Shown piece after piece: positions 15,430 to 27,826 of a DNA stretch of 64,000 bases. A program made the translations under genes and the position numbers. The stretch's first letter is position 1. Every line of letters starts with the position of its first letter. Under the pieces are notes generated by a model, which was given only the letters and a program-made list of their open reading frames with translations, did not search any database and was not told the origin of the DNA. The stretch lies in NCBI RefSeq assembly GCF_009914755.1, contig NC_060942.1, one strand, 5' to 3'. This DNA is from the human T2T-CHM13v2.0 reference genome, Homo sapiens.

Positions 15430-15978
15430 TGTATGTTAGTTATCTATTGCTACATAACAAATTAGTTTTAGAGTTAGCAGCTTATAAAGCAACAGATATT
15501 TATTATCTCACAGTTTCTGTGGGTCAGTAAATCAAAAGTGGCTTAACTGGGTGGTTCTGACATGTGCCTTTCCACAGTGACTGGTATGTAGCAGGCAAGG
15601 GTCTCTTATGATCCTGAGTGAGGATGTCAGCCAAGGCTGCTGTCATCTGAAGGCTTGACTGGAACAGAAGGACCCATTTCTAAAATGAGTCACTCACATG
15701 GCTGGAGGCAAGAGGCCTCAGTTCCTTATCGCAGAGATTGCTCCTTGGGGCTGACTGAGTGTCTGCACATCATAGCAACAGCTGGCTTTCCCCAGAGGGA
15801 ATGATCCAAAAGAGAGGTGGAAGCCTAATGTCTTTGTGACCTAATCTCCAAAGTCACACACTGTCACCTCTTCCATATTCTATTAGAAAGGAGTCACTAA
15901 ATCAGATACCCATGGGAAATTACCCACCTCATGAAGAAAGAAATATCGAGAATTTGTGGACCTGTTTCACAACCACAC
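15430..15978. mobile_element. MLT1-type MaLR LTR
   Basis: ttagttatctattgct.cataacaaatta...tattatctcacagtttctgtgggtcag...gaagtcac..actgtcac...aaccacaca. Confidence 0.75.
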
Positions 15979-16786
15979 AGCATCATTTTTTGAAGGTAGA
16001 GTCACCTTGAGCATTTAAATTAGGGTTCTGCTCTAGAAGTCTATCCCTTTATTTTTTCCCATTTGTTAACCCTTTTTCTACTTGGCATAATAGCAGCCAT
16101 TACCCAGTAGAAGTTGAGAGATTTAGGTTGCACAGAATCCCACAGTCTTTTCAGAAACTCATATCCTTAGGGTGTCTGCTTGTTGACAGCATTGTAGAAT
16201 TGAAACTTGACCACGTGTTATGTGTTGGGCTGCCAGTGGTGATCAGAGATGACGGTGAGTAGTCCGTTGAGTTAGGGCTGTTTGCCTCTGTCGGTGTCAT
16301 CTGGGTTTGAACTGGACTTGCAGTCCTGGTGGGCTGCTTTCATTTCCACCCTGGGTCTTTGTTCTCACCACTCACATCTTACGCCTCTGTTCCACCGCTG
16401 TGTAAGAGGCAACTGTGCACACACCTTGCCTCTGCCATTGACTGTAAGCTCCTGAGAGAGAGAGAGAATGTGTCTGGTTCAGTTTTGTGGCCCTCCTTTT
16501 TGCTAGCATAATGCATTGAACATAGTATCATTCTGCATTTTTGTTGAGTGTATAATTAGATGGTCAATGTGGAGAACTCAGAGGGATTTTAGGAGGGGGT
16601 GGCAGCAATATAAGGTTGTGGGACCCAACATTAAGAGAGGGAAAGGTGTAGCGGGAAGGCGTTGGTGTGGGGAGGGAGAAAGTCAAGAGGATTCAACCTG
16701 GCAAGAGTTGGAAGTGACAGGAAGGTGTGTGGGGTGGGGACGCAATAGGACAGTGTGTGAGATTTTTTAAAAAATGCAGGCAGGGG

Positions 16787-17105
16787 AGGGATGAGTAGGC
16801 AGAGCACCGAGGATTTTTAGGACAGTGGAAATGCTCTGTATGATACTATAATGGGGGATACATGTCATTATACATTTGTCCAAACTCAAGGAGTGTACAA
16901 CACCAAGAGTGAGCCCTAAGGTAAACGATGGGCTTCGGGTGATTTCGATGTGTGAATTGTAACAGGGATACTACTCTGGAGCAGGATGTTGATCATGGGG
17001 GAGGCTGTGAGTGTGTCGCGGTAGGGGGTACGTAGGAAATCTCCGTGCCTTCTGCTCAATTTTGCTGTGACCCTAAAACTGCTCTAAAAAGAGTAGTCTT
17101 AAAAA
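16787..17105 (+). mobile_element. L1MC-like 3' end fragment
   Basis: ggcagagcac.gaggatttttagg.cagtg.aa..ctctgtatgatactataatgg.ggatacatgtcattatacatttgtccaaac...ctaaaactgctctaaaaa. Confidence 0.75.
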
Positions 17106-18545
17106 TGCATGAAATAGGATCCTGTCTCAGGACTGGGGCAAGAGCAGGTAGAAATGGAAAGAGTGACTGTGGCTGCTGTGTAGCAGGCACACAATGGTCA
17201 TGGTCCATATGCTGGCTTAGTTATTTTTTAAAGCAACTAAAGTTAAGTAATGTATACGTAACTTACATATTTATGTGGTCCAAAAAACGTTGGTCATCTG
17301 TTTTAATGCAGAGAGTGTTTACCCTAAGCCTGCAAATGTGATGGGTAATAGCTAGAACTAGAAAAGTACTTTAGAATATGGAAGGTAAATACATGAATTA
17401 ATTTAGGTAAGAGTGACAAAACAGTGGAAGTCCCTGACTTAGAACTTATTGTCCGCTTGGACAGCTGGTGTACGTGATCCTGGGGTCACAGTGGCTCCCT
17501 GTGCAGGAAGAACACTATTTCCCAGCTCAGATACCATCTTTTTAGGAGAGTACCTGCCATTGTGGAAAATAAGGATAAAGGATAACAAGTTACCTCCTTA
17601 AGACAAAGTCATAGGAGAAATGGTAAATTCCAGTATCTTGAGTTTTGAGTTGGAACTTGAAATTTATTTTACTACAAGAACACTGTTGATGGATTATGTA
17701 TTTTATAGACTTTGTGGGTGGCTATGGGACTCTAGTAACTGCTTATGCACAGTTTATATGAGTAGGGCTGCTGGATTTCCAGATGACGCTCTCGCAACTG
17801 AACCTTCAGATTACCACCTGTTTCTCAGTTTGGACACTATTAGTGTGCTGCTGTCACTTATGGCTCGGGCACCTTATCTTGTTTTATGTCTTGATGAAGA
17901 AGTACAAAATTCAGTGTAAAAGAAAAACATATGTAAAGCTTATAGAATCACCCCGTTACACAATAACAATGCAGAACAATAGATTAATAACAGGAAGAGA
18001 TGCTGAAACTTCTCTTCAGCCTAGTTTCTACTCTGATGTTTCTTCTCTGCATTGTACAGCCAATCTATGAATAATATTTTCATTGTCTAAGCAAAGCCAC
18101 CTTAGCTAAATATTTAATTCTACTGGAGTCATAAACAGGGTTCAAAATATCACACATAGATTTTATGAAAGTAATAAAATGCTTCAGAAAGTACAGTGGC
18201 TCAGCCTGGGGCCACTGCATCTGATAATTTGGTTACACACCTTGTCATGTGCTTCCTAAAAGAATGACGATGGTTGCTTATCTGTGTTTAAGCTTGTCAT
18301 TTTGAGGAAACAAAGATAAGACATTTTTGCTGTGTCTCTAAAATGCATGTGTAAACTATTTTTATAGAGTAATGCTTCAGAGAGGAGTAAAATTTCCTGC
18401 AACAGGTGCTTGTAAACAGTAATTGCTCAGTAAAGGTCACCTCCCAGCTGTTGCCTACATGTTACATAAGAGAACCCCTTCACGTCTTCCGTATTTGCAG
18501 CTCTGTACCTTTGTGAGTCACCTAAAAAATAACTCATAGGGTTGT

Positions 18546-18911
<366 letters not shown>

Positions 18912-19162
18912 TAACGGCGAAGTTAAAATTTTTCTTTTGCTTTCCTTAATATTTCCATGTTTTTTTCTTTTTCTTTTTTTTTTTTTTTTTAACAAAAGTC
19001 TGGTTTCTAAACCAAAATATTTAATGCTTCAAAAGGAAAAAAATGTAAGTCAGTCCAAAGAAATGATTCATTTTGCAGAGGTAATTACTACTAACATCAA
19101 CCTTTCCAGGTCTTTTTCTATGCAGCTATATCATTGACATTTTTTTAAAAATGAGATTACAT

Positions 19163-19530
19163 TGTACTGGAGGGTAGACTGCTATAACAACTTTTGGTTT
19201 TGGATGGGAATAAACAGAAAAAGTCTCATCTCCAGTTCATTTCTGGGGAGGGTCAGGAGGTGGGGGGTGCTTGGCTCTACTCCCTTCGTATGATTTTCCC
19301 TTCTTTATCTCCAGGATCTTCCCCATTTCACGGAGAGACATGGATGAGAATGAAGGCTGCTGAGTGGGAGGGGCTTATGGGGCCAGTTTTGAAGAGGCCT
19401 CATACCTTTTGGCCACATTCCATTGGCCAGAACTTTGTCATATGACTGCACCTAACTACAAGGAAGACTGGGAAATGTAGTCAAGTTGCATGTCCGGGTA
19501 GAAAAGGGACACTTTTCTGTGGAATAGCTA
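19163..19530. mobile_element. Old MLT1-type LTR fragment
   Basis: ccacattccattggccagaact..gtca.atg.c...cctaact.caagga.gactgggaaatgtagtc. Confidence 0.55.
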
Positions 19531-19619
19531 GCATGTTTGTAACTCAATTTTATAAACCATTTTGAAACTTTTCTTAAAAAAAGCTTATTTCAGACACATT
19601 TTTATATGCTGGATCTGCT

Positions 19620-20270
19620 CACCTCTCCATCTCTATCTTATTAAAAGTTCTTGCCAGAATCTCTCTCCAATTGTTCTCCCTCCTTCTGCCCTGTTCCCTC
19701 ACAGCAGCCACAGTGGTTCTTTCAAAGACTGAAGCTACATTTTATCACTCGCCTGCTTAAAACTTTACAGTGCTTCTCCCCCAGTGGTCGGGATAATGTT
19801 CACCCTCTCCTGAAGCTGGCCTCTGTGGTCCTTGACCCCATCAGGTCCCACGGTGCCCTGCATGGACTCTGCCATCCTTCACCAGCTTCCCCCCATCAAA
19901 CGGGGCTTGCTGTCAGCTCTTCCTGCAACTCCCAGCCCTGCCGCACCACTCAGCCTTCTTCCTTCAGGCTTCAGCTCCAGTGTCTTTTCGCCAAAGAAGC
20001 CTTTCCTGATCTCTCAGCCATAAATGTTCCTCTCCCCGGTTGCTTTTTCCCTCTCCCTCTACTCAGTTGCTTTATTTAACTGTCATATTGTCTTTGGAGC
20101 ACTTGCCACCATCAGAAATTATCTTGCATCATGTATTTATAGTCTGTCTTCCGCCTACTAGATGGTGGGTTGCTTGAGGCAGGAACTCTGTCTTGTTTAC
20201 ATCTCTATCTCCGGATAACGTGTCTGGCACGTGATGGGTACTCAGTAAATACTTGTGGAATAAAGAAATG
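19620..20270 (+). mobile_element. L2 3' fragment
   Basis: cactc.cctgcttaaaact...cttgaggcaggaactctgtcttgttt...gtctggcac..g...tactcagtaaatacttgtggaataaa. Confidence 0.7.
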
Positions 20271-20294
20271 TCATTACAGGTTCTCTATGCATTA

Positions 20295-20765
<471 letters not shown>

Positions 20766-21573
20766 TTCAGGTTTTGAAGCATGTGTAAAAAATACTCTAG
20801 CAGGGACATCATTTGAGCTGAGCAGGCCATGGAGGCATCAAATGATTAGCAGTAGGGTACAACTTGTTGTGAGAACCAGAAAAGAGCCTTGGCCTACATA
20901 ACATCCTGTGCTAAAGAAAGAACCCTGACTCCCAGCCTGTGAGTGTTCCAGAGATGGGCAGAGCAGTCCCTGCAGCGCTTCAGGGAACAGGGAAGAGCAG
21001 CTAACCCCTGATGCTTCTGTAAGCACTTTGGGACGCCCTTTGCTATAGTAGGGTATTGTCTTAGTTATCCCTGACTTGCCTGGTGTTACTTTACATCCCT
21101 TAATCCTTTCATGAAGACTGGCAAACACATTCAGTCCTGCCAACCTTGAAAGTAGGCCATGTTTGAAAGAACATTGGCACAAACGAGTTGCGAACATCTT
21201 CTTTACCATATTCATGTTCTTTACCGTATTATGAGGACACTGTGCTTGCCACATGGGCAGTCTTGTTTTGGGGATACGTGGTTGGATGGACGGTTGGGTG
21301 GATGGAAGACTCCTGGAATGTGAAGTATCTCAAGGATGTGTGTCCATTGCATGAATGTATGTTTGATCTATGCAGCTAATTGACAAAGATCCACCATCCT
21401 GTACCCTCCATGTTTTATTTTTGCCCTGCCATTGTTCTCTTCGACATTCTATAATCATCAAGGTTTTCTTGCCCTCACCTAGGTCTTGACTAAACATGTT
21501 GGGTAAATGAATTTCATATTACTACTTTCTTGCGCCGTCAGCCATTGTGTTCTTGGGGACTCCATCCTGAGCC

Positions 21574-22306
21574 TTTTTTTTTTTTTTTGAGACCGAGTCT
21601 CAAAAACAATGAAGGCAGGTGACTGGTGAGGAGAGTTCCAGCCACTGGATTCTCCCTCAGTCCCCTGTGCTGTGGCCCTTGGTGACCCCTAGATTTCAGT
21701 GCCCCTGCCTGACACTGGAGTCCCTCTGAAAGAAGCCCCTTTCTAGCTAGCTAGCTGTTCCATCCCGCACACCCCCACAGAAGCCTTTTGCTGCCATTAG
21801 TAAGCACGCCTCTATTTTCTCACCTGTGATTGATCATGCATGATTGAGTTTTGTCTATTAAAGCAATTGATAAGTTACTAAAATGGCACCAAAAGAAATT
21901 AGAAAAAAATTGTTGCAAATGTCAGTGAAATCTTTTAAAAAACTGTTGTACTTTAGAAGTGCCTCAAGTGACTAATGGAGGCTTAGGACTCTGAGTGGTG
22001 TCACAAGGAACCTTATGCACAGGGACACTGACATTAGCCTGTACTGTCACCCAGGCTGGAGTGCAGTGGTGTGATCTTGGCTCACTGAAAGCCCCACCTC
22101 CCAGGTTCAGCAATTCTCCTGCCTCAGCCTCCTGAGTAGCTGGGATTACAGGCACATGCCACCATGTCTGGCTAAATTTTGTATTTTTAGTAGAGACAGG
22201 GTTTCACCATGTTGGCCAGGCTGGTCTCGAACTCCTGTCCTCGTGATCCGCCTGCCTCGGCCTCCCAAAGTGCTGGGATTACAGGCATAAGCCACCATGC
22301 CTGGCC
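21574..22306 (-). mobile_element. Alu (AluS-like) split by a 442-bp insertion
   Basis: Poly-T + GAGACCGAGTCTCA (21574-21602), then resumes CTGTCACCCAGGCTGG (22044-22306); TSD-like CCTG(A/G)GCC at 21566-21573 and 22307-22314. Confidence 0.93.
21605..22046 (+). repeat. 442-bp duplicated segment, derived copy inserted inside an Alu
   Basis: AACAATGAAGGCAGG...CCTGTACTG matches 24286-24727 with about 5-6 differences. Confidence 0.97.
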
Positions 22307-23325
22307 CCTGGGCCATTTTTTATTCTTACTCTTAGGCTAGGTTTCTGCAGACCTTGGTTATAACTGCAGGCTCTACATTGATAACTGCTGAGTCTCTAAG
22401 TCAGACCAGACGTTTCTCCCCATTTAGTGATACATGTTTTCCATCCAATTGCTTCATAGACACCTTGGACACAGTGCTCTATTTCAATTTATGTTGACAG
22501 TTCATGACCCAAACTGGAAACCTGAGTTATCCTGGACTTCTGCCTACCACCTTCTCCTAAGCCATCTCACCTGTCCTAAATGTCGTAGCCCTTATCTAGT
22601 TCTCTAAGCTGTCATAGGGTCCTGTACTGCTGGGCTGCTTGTTGCCTTCAATAGAGCCTGGAGCATATTCATGTCGGTATTTCAAGGCCCCGGGCATAAG
22701 AGCTTCTTAGGAAATATTGGAATGAATGAAGAAATGATGAATAAATGAACAAATGAACAGTTGATTGATTTCCAAGACACTTTGGGGTGGTTTCCATTTA
22801 GAATGGTTTTTATTTCTTTTTACTGGAACTAAGGAATTATTTTTGCTTGTTGATGCCAACATTTTAAAAGCACTATAATTTTGAAATGTTTTACCACATT
22901 AAATTCTTTTCTATTGCAGGTCACATACAAATATGTCAACTTCAAAGGAGGAATTATTTGTTATATTTATGCAAACTTGTGGCACTTGGACATTTATCTA
23001 GATGGTTTTTTGTGTATGATTGTGTTCTTGGTACAGCTGGAAAAGCTAACTTTAAATGGCAGGAGTAATTGATCTTAATGACTTACTTTGAATTAAACTT
23101 GTGCTTAATTAACTTGGATGTTCTAAGTTTCTAGAGTCACAGACTTTTAGAGCTGGAATATTGCTTTTTGAACTTCAGTGTAAGGAAGAATTGCTTATGC
23201 TCGAATTGATTTGTTCTGTATCCCAATACTGGACTGAGTAGAAATCAATTACTTTAATATTGGATGAGAGAGTGATTGATTGAAGATCAGGTTTTTAACC
23301 TCTTTTTTTGTTCTCCTTCTCACAG

Positions 23326-23399
23326 GGAGAGTCCCGTATTCTCAGAGTAAAAGTTGTTTCTGGAATTGATCTCGCCAAAAAGGACATCTTTGGAGCCAG
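23326..23399 (+). CDS. NEDD4L: NEDD4L coding exon 2 (74 nt), start of the C2 domain: [24 protein letters not shown](S)
   Basis: TTTTTAAC branch-like motif (~23292-23299), pyrimidine tract, CACAG acceptor ending 23325, CAG|GTATGT donor at 23400. The translation is the typical NEDD4-family C2 N-terminus. Confidence 0.97.
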
Positions 23400-23447
23400 G
23401 TATGTTGGCTTTGTTTTTATTTCTGTGGACTTCTGAAAAATTGACAA

Positions 23448-23585
23448 GCAGTTTTCAAATTCAGGCACGCATCAGAATCACCTGGAGGACTTCTTAAGAC
23501 AAAGCTGGCTGGGCCCCACCTGCAGGGATTCTGATTTAGGAAGTGATGCTGGCCCAGCTGGTTCCAGGAGCACATTTTGCACAGG
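23448..23585. mobile_element. MER5-like relic just downstream of exon 2
   Basis: gcagttttcaaa..caggcacgcatcagaatcacctggagg.ctt.ttaa.aca.ag..gctgggccccacc...gattctgatt. Confidence 0.75.
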
Positions 23586-24285
23586 GCTTCTGGACTTACC
23601 ATCACAACAGTAGTTAACAGCCTGTTCTTCACATGGGCTAATTTCATGAGATTAGCTTCTGGTGTTGTATTCTCAGTAGAAAAATACAGTGTGGGACTAT
23701 GGCTCTGCTTATTTTAATACTTCAAAAATATTTCAAACTTAGGGAAACATAAAAGTGTCATTTTGTTTCTAGGAGAACTGGATATTCTGGACATGTATAA
23801 TCTGAATTAAGAGATTTGGTGATTTGGGGCGAATGTGGTGATTTCTGTGGCATTTCTAGAAGTACCAGCAGGGAAGCAGCCAGATCTTTCTGTGTGTTTC
23901 AGCTTTTTTATTTTCAGTATTGCACTTGGATATTCCTGTATCTTTAAATCAGCCCTTTTGTTCCTATTGGCTGTCAGCAATGTGTTGCATGAAGTTATTG
24001 GACTGGGAGCAGGGTGAGGGTAGCCGTAGAGCCACCTGGCACTAGAATTTAGCCAGATTTTGGAGACCAAAGATCTTTTGAACTTTAAACCTGGAATGGA
24101 CATGAGTGATGTTCTAGTCCAACTTTTCCATTTTATGGTTGACAAAGCTTGAATCCAGAAAGGTTAAACTACCCGTGCAGGTCACGTGGGCCAGTGATGT
24201 TTGAGGAGTGACAGGAACACTCCTCCTGCCTCTACCCAGTACATTTTCCTTTGTGGCATGGTGGCCTGAAAATACTGTGAGGTTT

Positions 24286-24727
24286 AACAATGAAGGCAGG
24301 TGACTGGTGAGGAGAGTTCCAGCCACTGGATTCTCCCTCAGTCCCCTGTGCTGTGGCCCTTGGTGACCCCTAGATTTCAGTGCCCCTGCCTGACACTGGA
24401 GTCCCTCTATAAAGAAGCCCCTTTCTAGCTAGCTAGCTGTTCCATCCCGCACACCCCCACAGAAGCCTTTTGCTGCCATTAGTAAGCACGCCTCTATTTT
24501 CTCACCTGTGATTGATCATGCATGATTGAGTTTTGTCTATTAAAGCAATTGTTAAGTTACTAAAATGGCACCAAAAGAAATTAGAAAAAAATTGTTGCAA
24601 ATGTCAGTGAAATCTTTTAAAAAACTGTTGTACTTAGAAGTGCCTCAAGTGACTAATGGAGGCTTAGGACTCTGAATGGTGTCACAAGGAACCTTATGCA
24701 CAGGGACACTGACATCAGCCTGTACTG
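24286..24727 (+). repeat. 442-bp duplicated segment, likely source copy
   Basis: Direct repeat of 21605-22046 at offset 2681; continuous with unique flanks. Confidence 0.97.
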
Positions 24728-27700
24728 CTGGTAATGTCAGAGTGAAGCAAATCCCACCTGAAGGCACTCTCTTGCTTGACCGTGAAGTCACACTGAGTGG
24801 TTCACCATGTGCCTGCACTCATGCAAGGATAAGCCAGGTCTCTAGGCATGGGCAGAAGGATCCCTGCTTCCCTTCTCTTCCCTTTCAGAGCAACACTTTC
24901 AGCCATTTCCATGAGTCTGGGCTCTTGTTACCCAGCTGAAATACTGTTTCCTGAAACTCACAAATTTGCTCTCTACCAAAGCCCACCTTATGCCCTGCCT
25001 TTCCATGAAGCCTGTCAAGAAAATTCCAAGAAAGAAAATTTGATATTCCTATATCAAAGCGTGTGTCTTTCCTCTCCTAATCCCTCTTAGCTGCCACAGT
25101 AGGTGCAATGTCATTTTAGCTTTTGCAGATGCATTACCTGGTGGTTTCCTAGTATTTCTTTCACTTGCCTCGATTGCTAGATTAGAAATTTACTGGGGAC
25201 AGACATCTTTTTAATATCTTTCTCCTACTACTTAACATATAGAGCATCAAGGGAAAAAAAAACAAAAATTATCTTTTAAAAATGTAAACATTTGCATGCC
25301 AACCGGTAGTGGATTGTGCCCTTAGGTTAAAAATATGTATTCTCACTCTTTCCAATGAAATCTGTAGTGCTGAAGGAGCAAGTTGGATTTAGAAAATTTT
25401 GGTGATTTCTTTTTAAGCTTGATTGGGTTTTTATTTTGTTTTATCCAAACCCTCCCATTAAAAAAAAAAATTGATTCACATTGTATTTCTAAGCCAGTTA
25501 AGTAGATTTAAGGTTGAATTTGTAGTGGAATTAGGCTCCAAATCTTAGAAGAGCAAATTCGTACCTTGAATTTTTACTGTTTAGATAATAACAGGCAGGG
25601 TCATTTCTAAGGGACATGGTGGAAAGGAATATTCGTGATATTAATTAGAAAGATAAATCGTATTGTGGCCAAGTGGACCAAGTGCCAGAAAATGCATCAG
25701 AAACTCTGAATCCTGCTTCTGGTCTTCATTTTCCTAGATTGATAAGTAGGCGCACACATTCCTGCTTTCCTCCCTCCTCTGAAGTGCTGTAGTTCTTCAG
25801 GGACACATTTGCCAGTGGGTCTGAGATGCAAGTGTGAGGTGGCAGTGTGGGTTAATGCCATCTTGGTGTCTCACTCTGGAGTGGCACTGCTTATTGCCTT
25901 AAAATTTTGCCAGATGACCTGCATTCTCCCTCCATGCTATCTTGGGCAAATCCCTTAAAACCACTCATGCCACTGTGTATTAGTGTACAACAAGGATAAC
26001 AGTTTCTTTGTAACTGGCATGTGGGGAAGAACCGCAAAGTGACTTCTGTCGGCAGCAGCTCTGTCGTGTTTTAAGGTAGTAGTCACCGGGCAGAGGTTTG
26101 GTAGTGTCCTCTCTGGCAGCCACCGTCTCCTTCAGAGCCCTGGGCCACTGACATGCCTTTTCTCCAAGTCTCTTCCCTGAGTATTCCCCGCACCTCTGTG
26201 CCTGATCAGACACCTCATTCTCCCTTGGCAGCAAGAAGGCCGGGTAGGCATTGGAGCCCTTGCTGTAGACAGGATAATGGGTGAAAGAGGAAGAACATTT
26301 TCATGAGAGGCATTTCAGAGCCTTTAAAGTGGTAGAAATCCTGTAGACAATGATGTTTTTAAAATCAGGGATTTGCATCTCTGGGACTCCAACTCCTTTG
26401 TTTCCAAGGGAGGTTCCCTGGGCCACTTGGCCTGAGGTTGGGAAGGGGTCGGTGGTTGCGGGGCAGAATGTGATGCTTGGGGATGCAGGATGGTCAGGGG
26501 CGGGTGACGGTGGGAGGAGTGGAGCACGTCATCTCTCCTTGCCCTTCCGAGGTGGTGATGGAAGCTGCCTACAGCTCCAGCTCAGAGGCCGGGGGTTTCT
26601 GGGGCCCTTGGTGTGGGGCCTCTCTCCTAGCTGGAGGTGGCCCCTTCCCCCTTGAGAGGCCTGTGCCTGAAATGCCCTTGTCCTTTTCGGCCGTCTCGGC
26701 CCCAGTCCAGTACTTAGGATCCAAGATCATTTTCAGCTCCTTCCAGCCAAGTCTCACTTTATTAAAGGAGCTTTGTTCGGAGCAGATTGGATAACCGAGC
26801 CGCGACTCCACTTGAACATCTGAGCAGTTGGCCCGCGTGGGAAACAGCAATGGCAGAGAAAGATGCTTCCCTTTGGATCATACCTTGAGGACAAAAAAGG
26901 GCAGTCATATAATCTGTCATCTAAACTGGGACGCTTTTGTCTGGAATGAATGCGACATTGAATGGGACGTCCGGACATAAGATGTAAATTGAGACTGCAG
27001 TCACCCTAGGTCAGAGACATCCAGCCTTTATTATCCATATCATGGGGAAAAAAAAATGGAATGTGATTTTTTTTCCCCAAAACAGCTTAAAAAAAAATGC
27101 TAAGTAAAAGAAAAAAATAAAAAGCACCTTTTAAAAAAGCAGGCCTCACATAAAATGCCACTAAGACATCAAAAGAGAAGTAAAACCCTGCTCAAAACGC
27201 CCACGTGGGGCGGCCACAGCTCACCCTTGTGTGCCTGTGTCCCGTTTCTGCTGTCCCCTTTCCCAAGGACGTACTCTGCCCTAACCTCACCCTGATCTGG
27301 TGACTCCTCCAGTGGCCCATCCTATGTTCACCAGCTGGGTCCTCATCTCCTCCGCCACACAGGCTGCTGCTCTGTCCCCCAGCAGACCTCTCCCTGTCTC
27401 TGGGGTGCCCATGACCCCTGGGAAGTGCTGTGCATAGTTCTGTGAGTGAGGTTGACTTGTTGTTTTATGCTTAGAATTGTTTCTTTCTCCTGAAATTAGA
27501 TTTTTCTCCTCTGATGACTAGGATTCTATTTTATTTATTTATTTTTATTTTCCACGACCTATTATAGCACATAGCACCTAACAGGTCCTCAGGAAGTATT
27601 TACCAACAGATTGCATGAAGTGAGCCCGTTCTTCCTCCCTCTCTCCTTCCCTCCCTTTCCCACCCCTTCACTGGAAACTCACAGTCACTAAATATGCCAT

Positions 27701-27826
27701 GAAGTTGCTGCCTTTTGCCTTTGCCTGTGTTTTCCCCTCTGCCTGGCATCTGCTCACATCCTTTCTGGCAGCTGCCCTCTCATCTGTCAGGGCCCAGTTT
27801 GGGTGGCAACACTCCTGCTGAGGCCC

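Noticed and set aside
21605-22046. Processed pseudogene or Alu 3' transduction as explanation for the duplicated segment
   Set aside because: No ORF, poly-A or TSD of its own. It sits inside the Alu body rather than after the tail, and its source is unspliced intron nearby.
22900-23072. Acceptor-like TTCTTTTCTATTGCAG|G at 22919 with short ORFs upstream of exon 2
   Set aside because: No convincing partner donor seen and the peptides are unrelated to NEDD4L; could be a cryptic site but unsupported.
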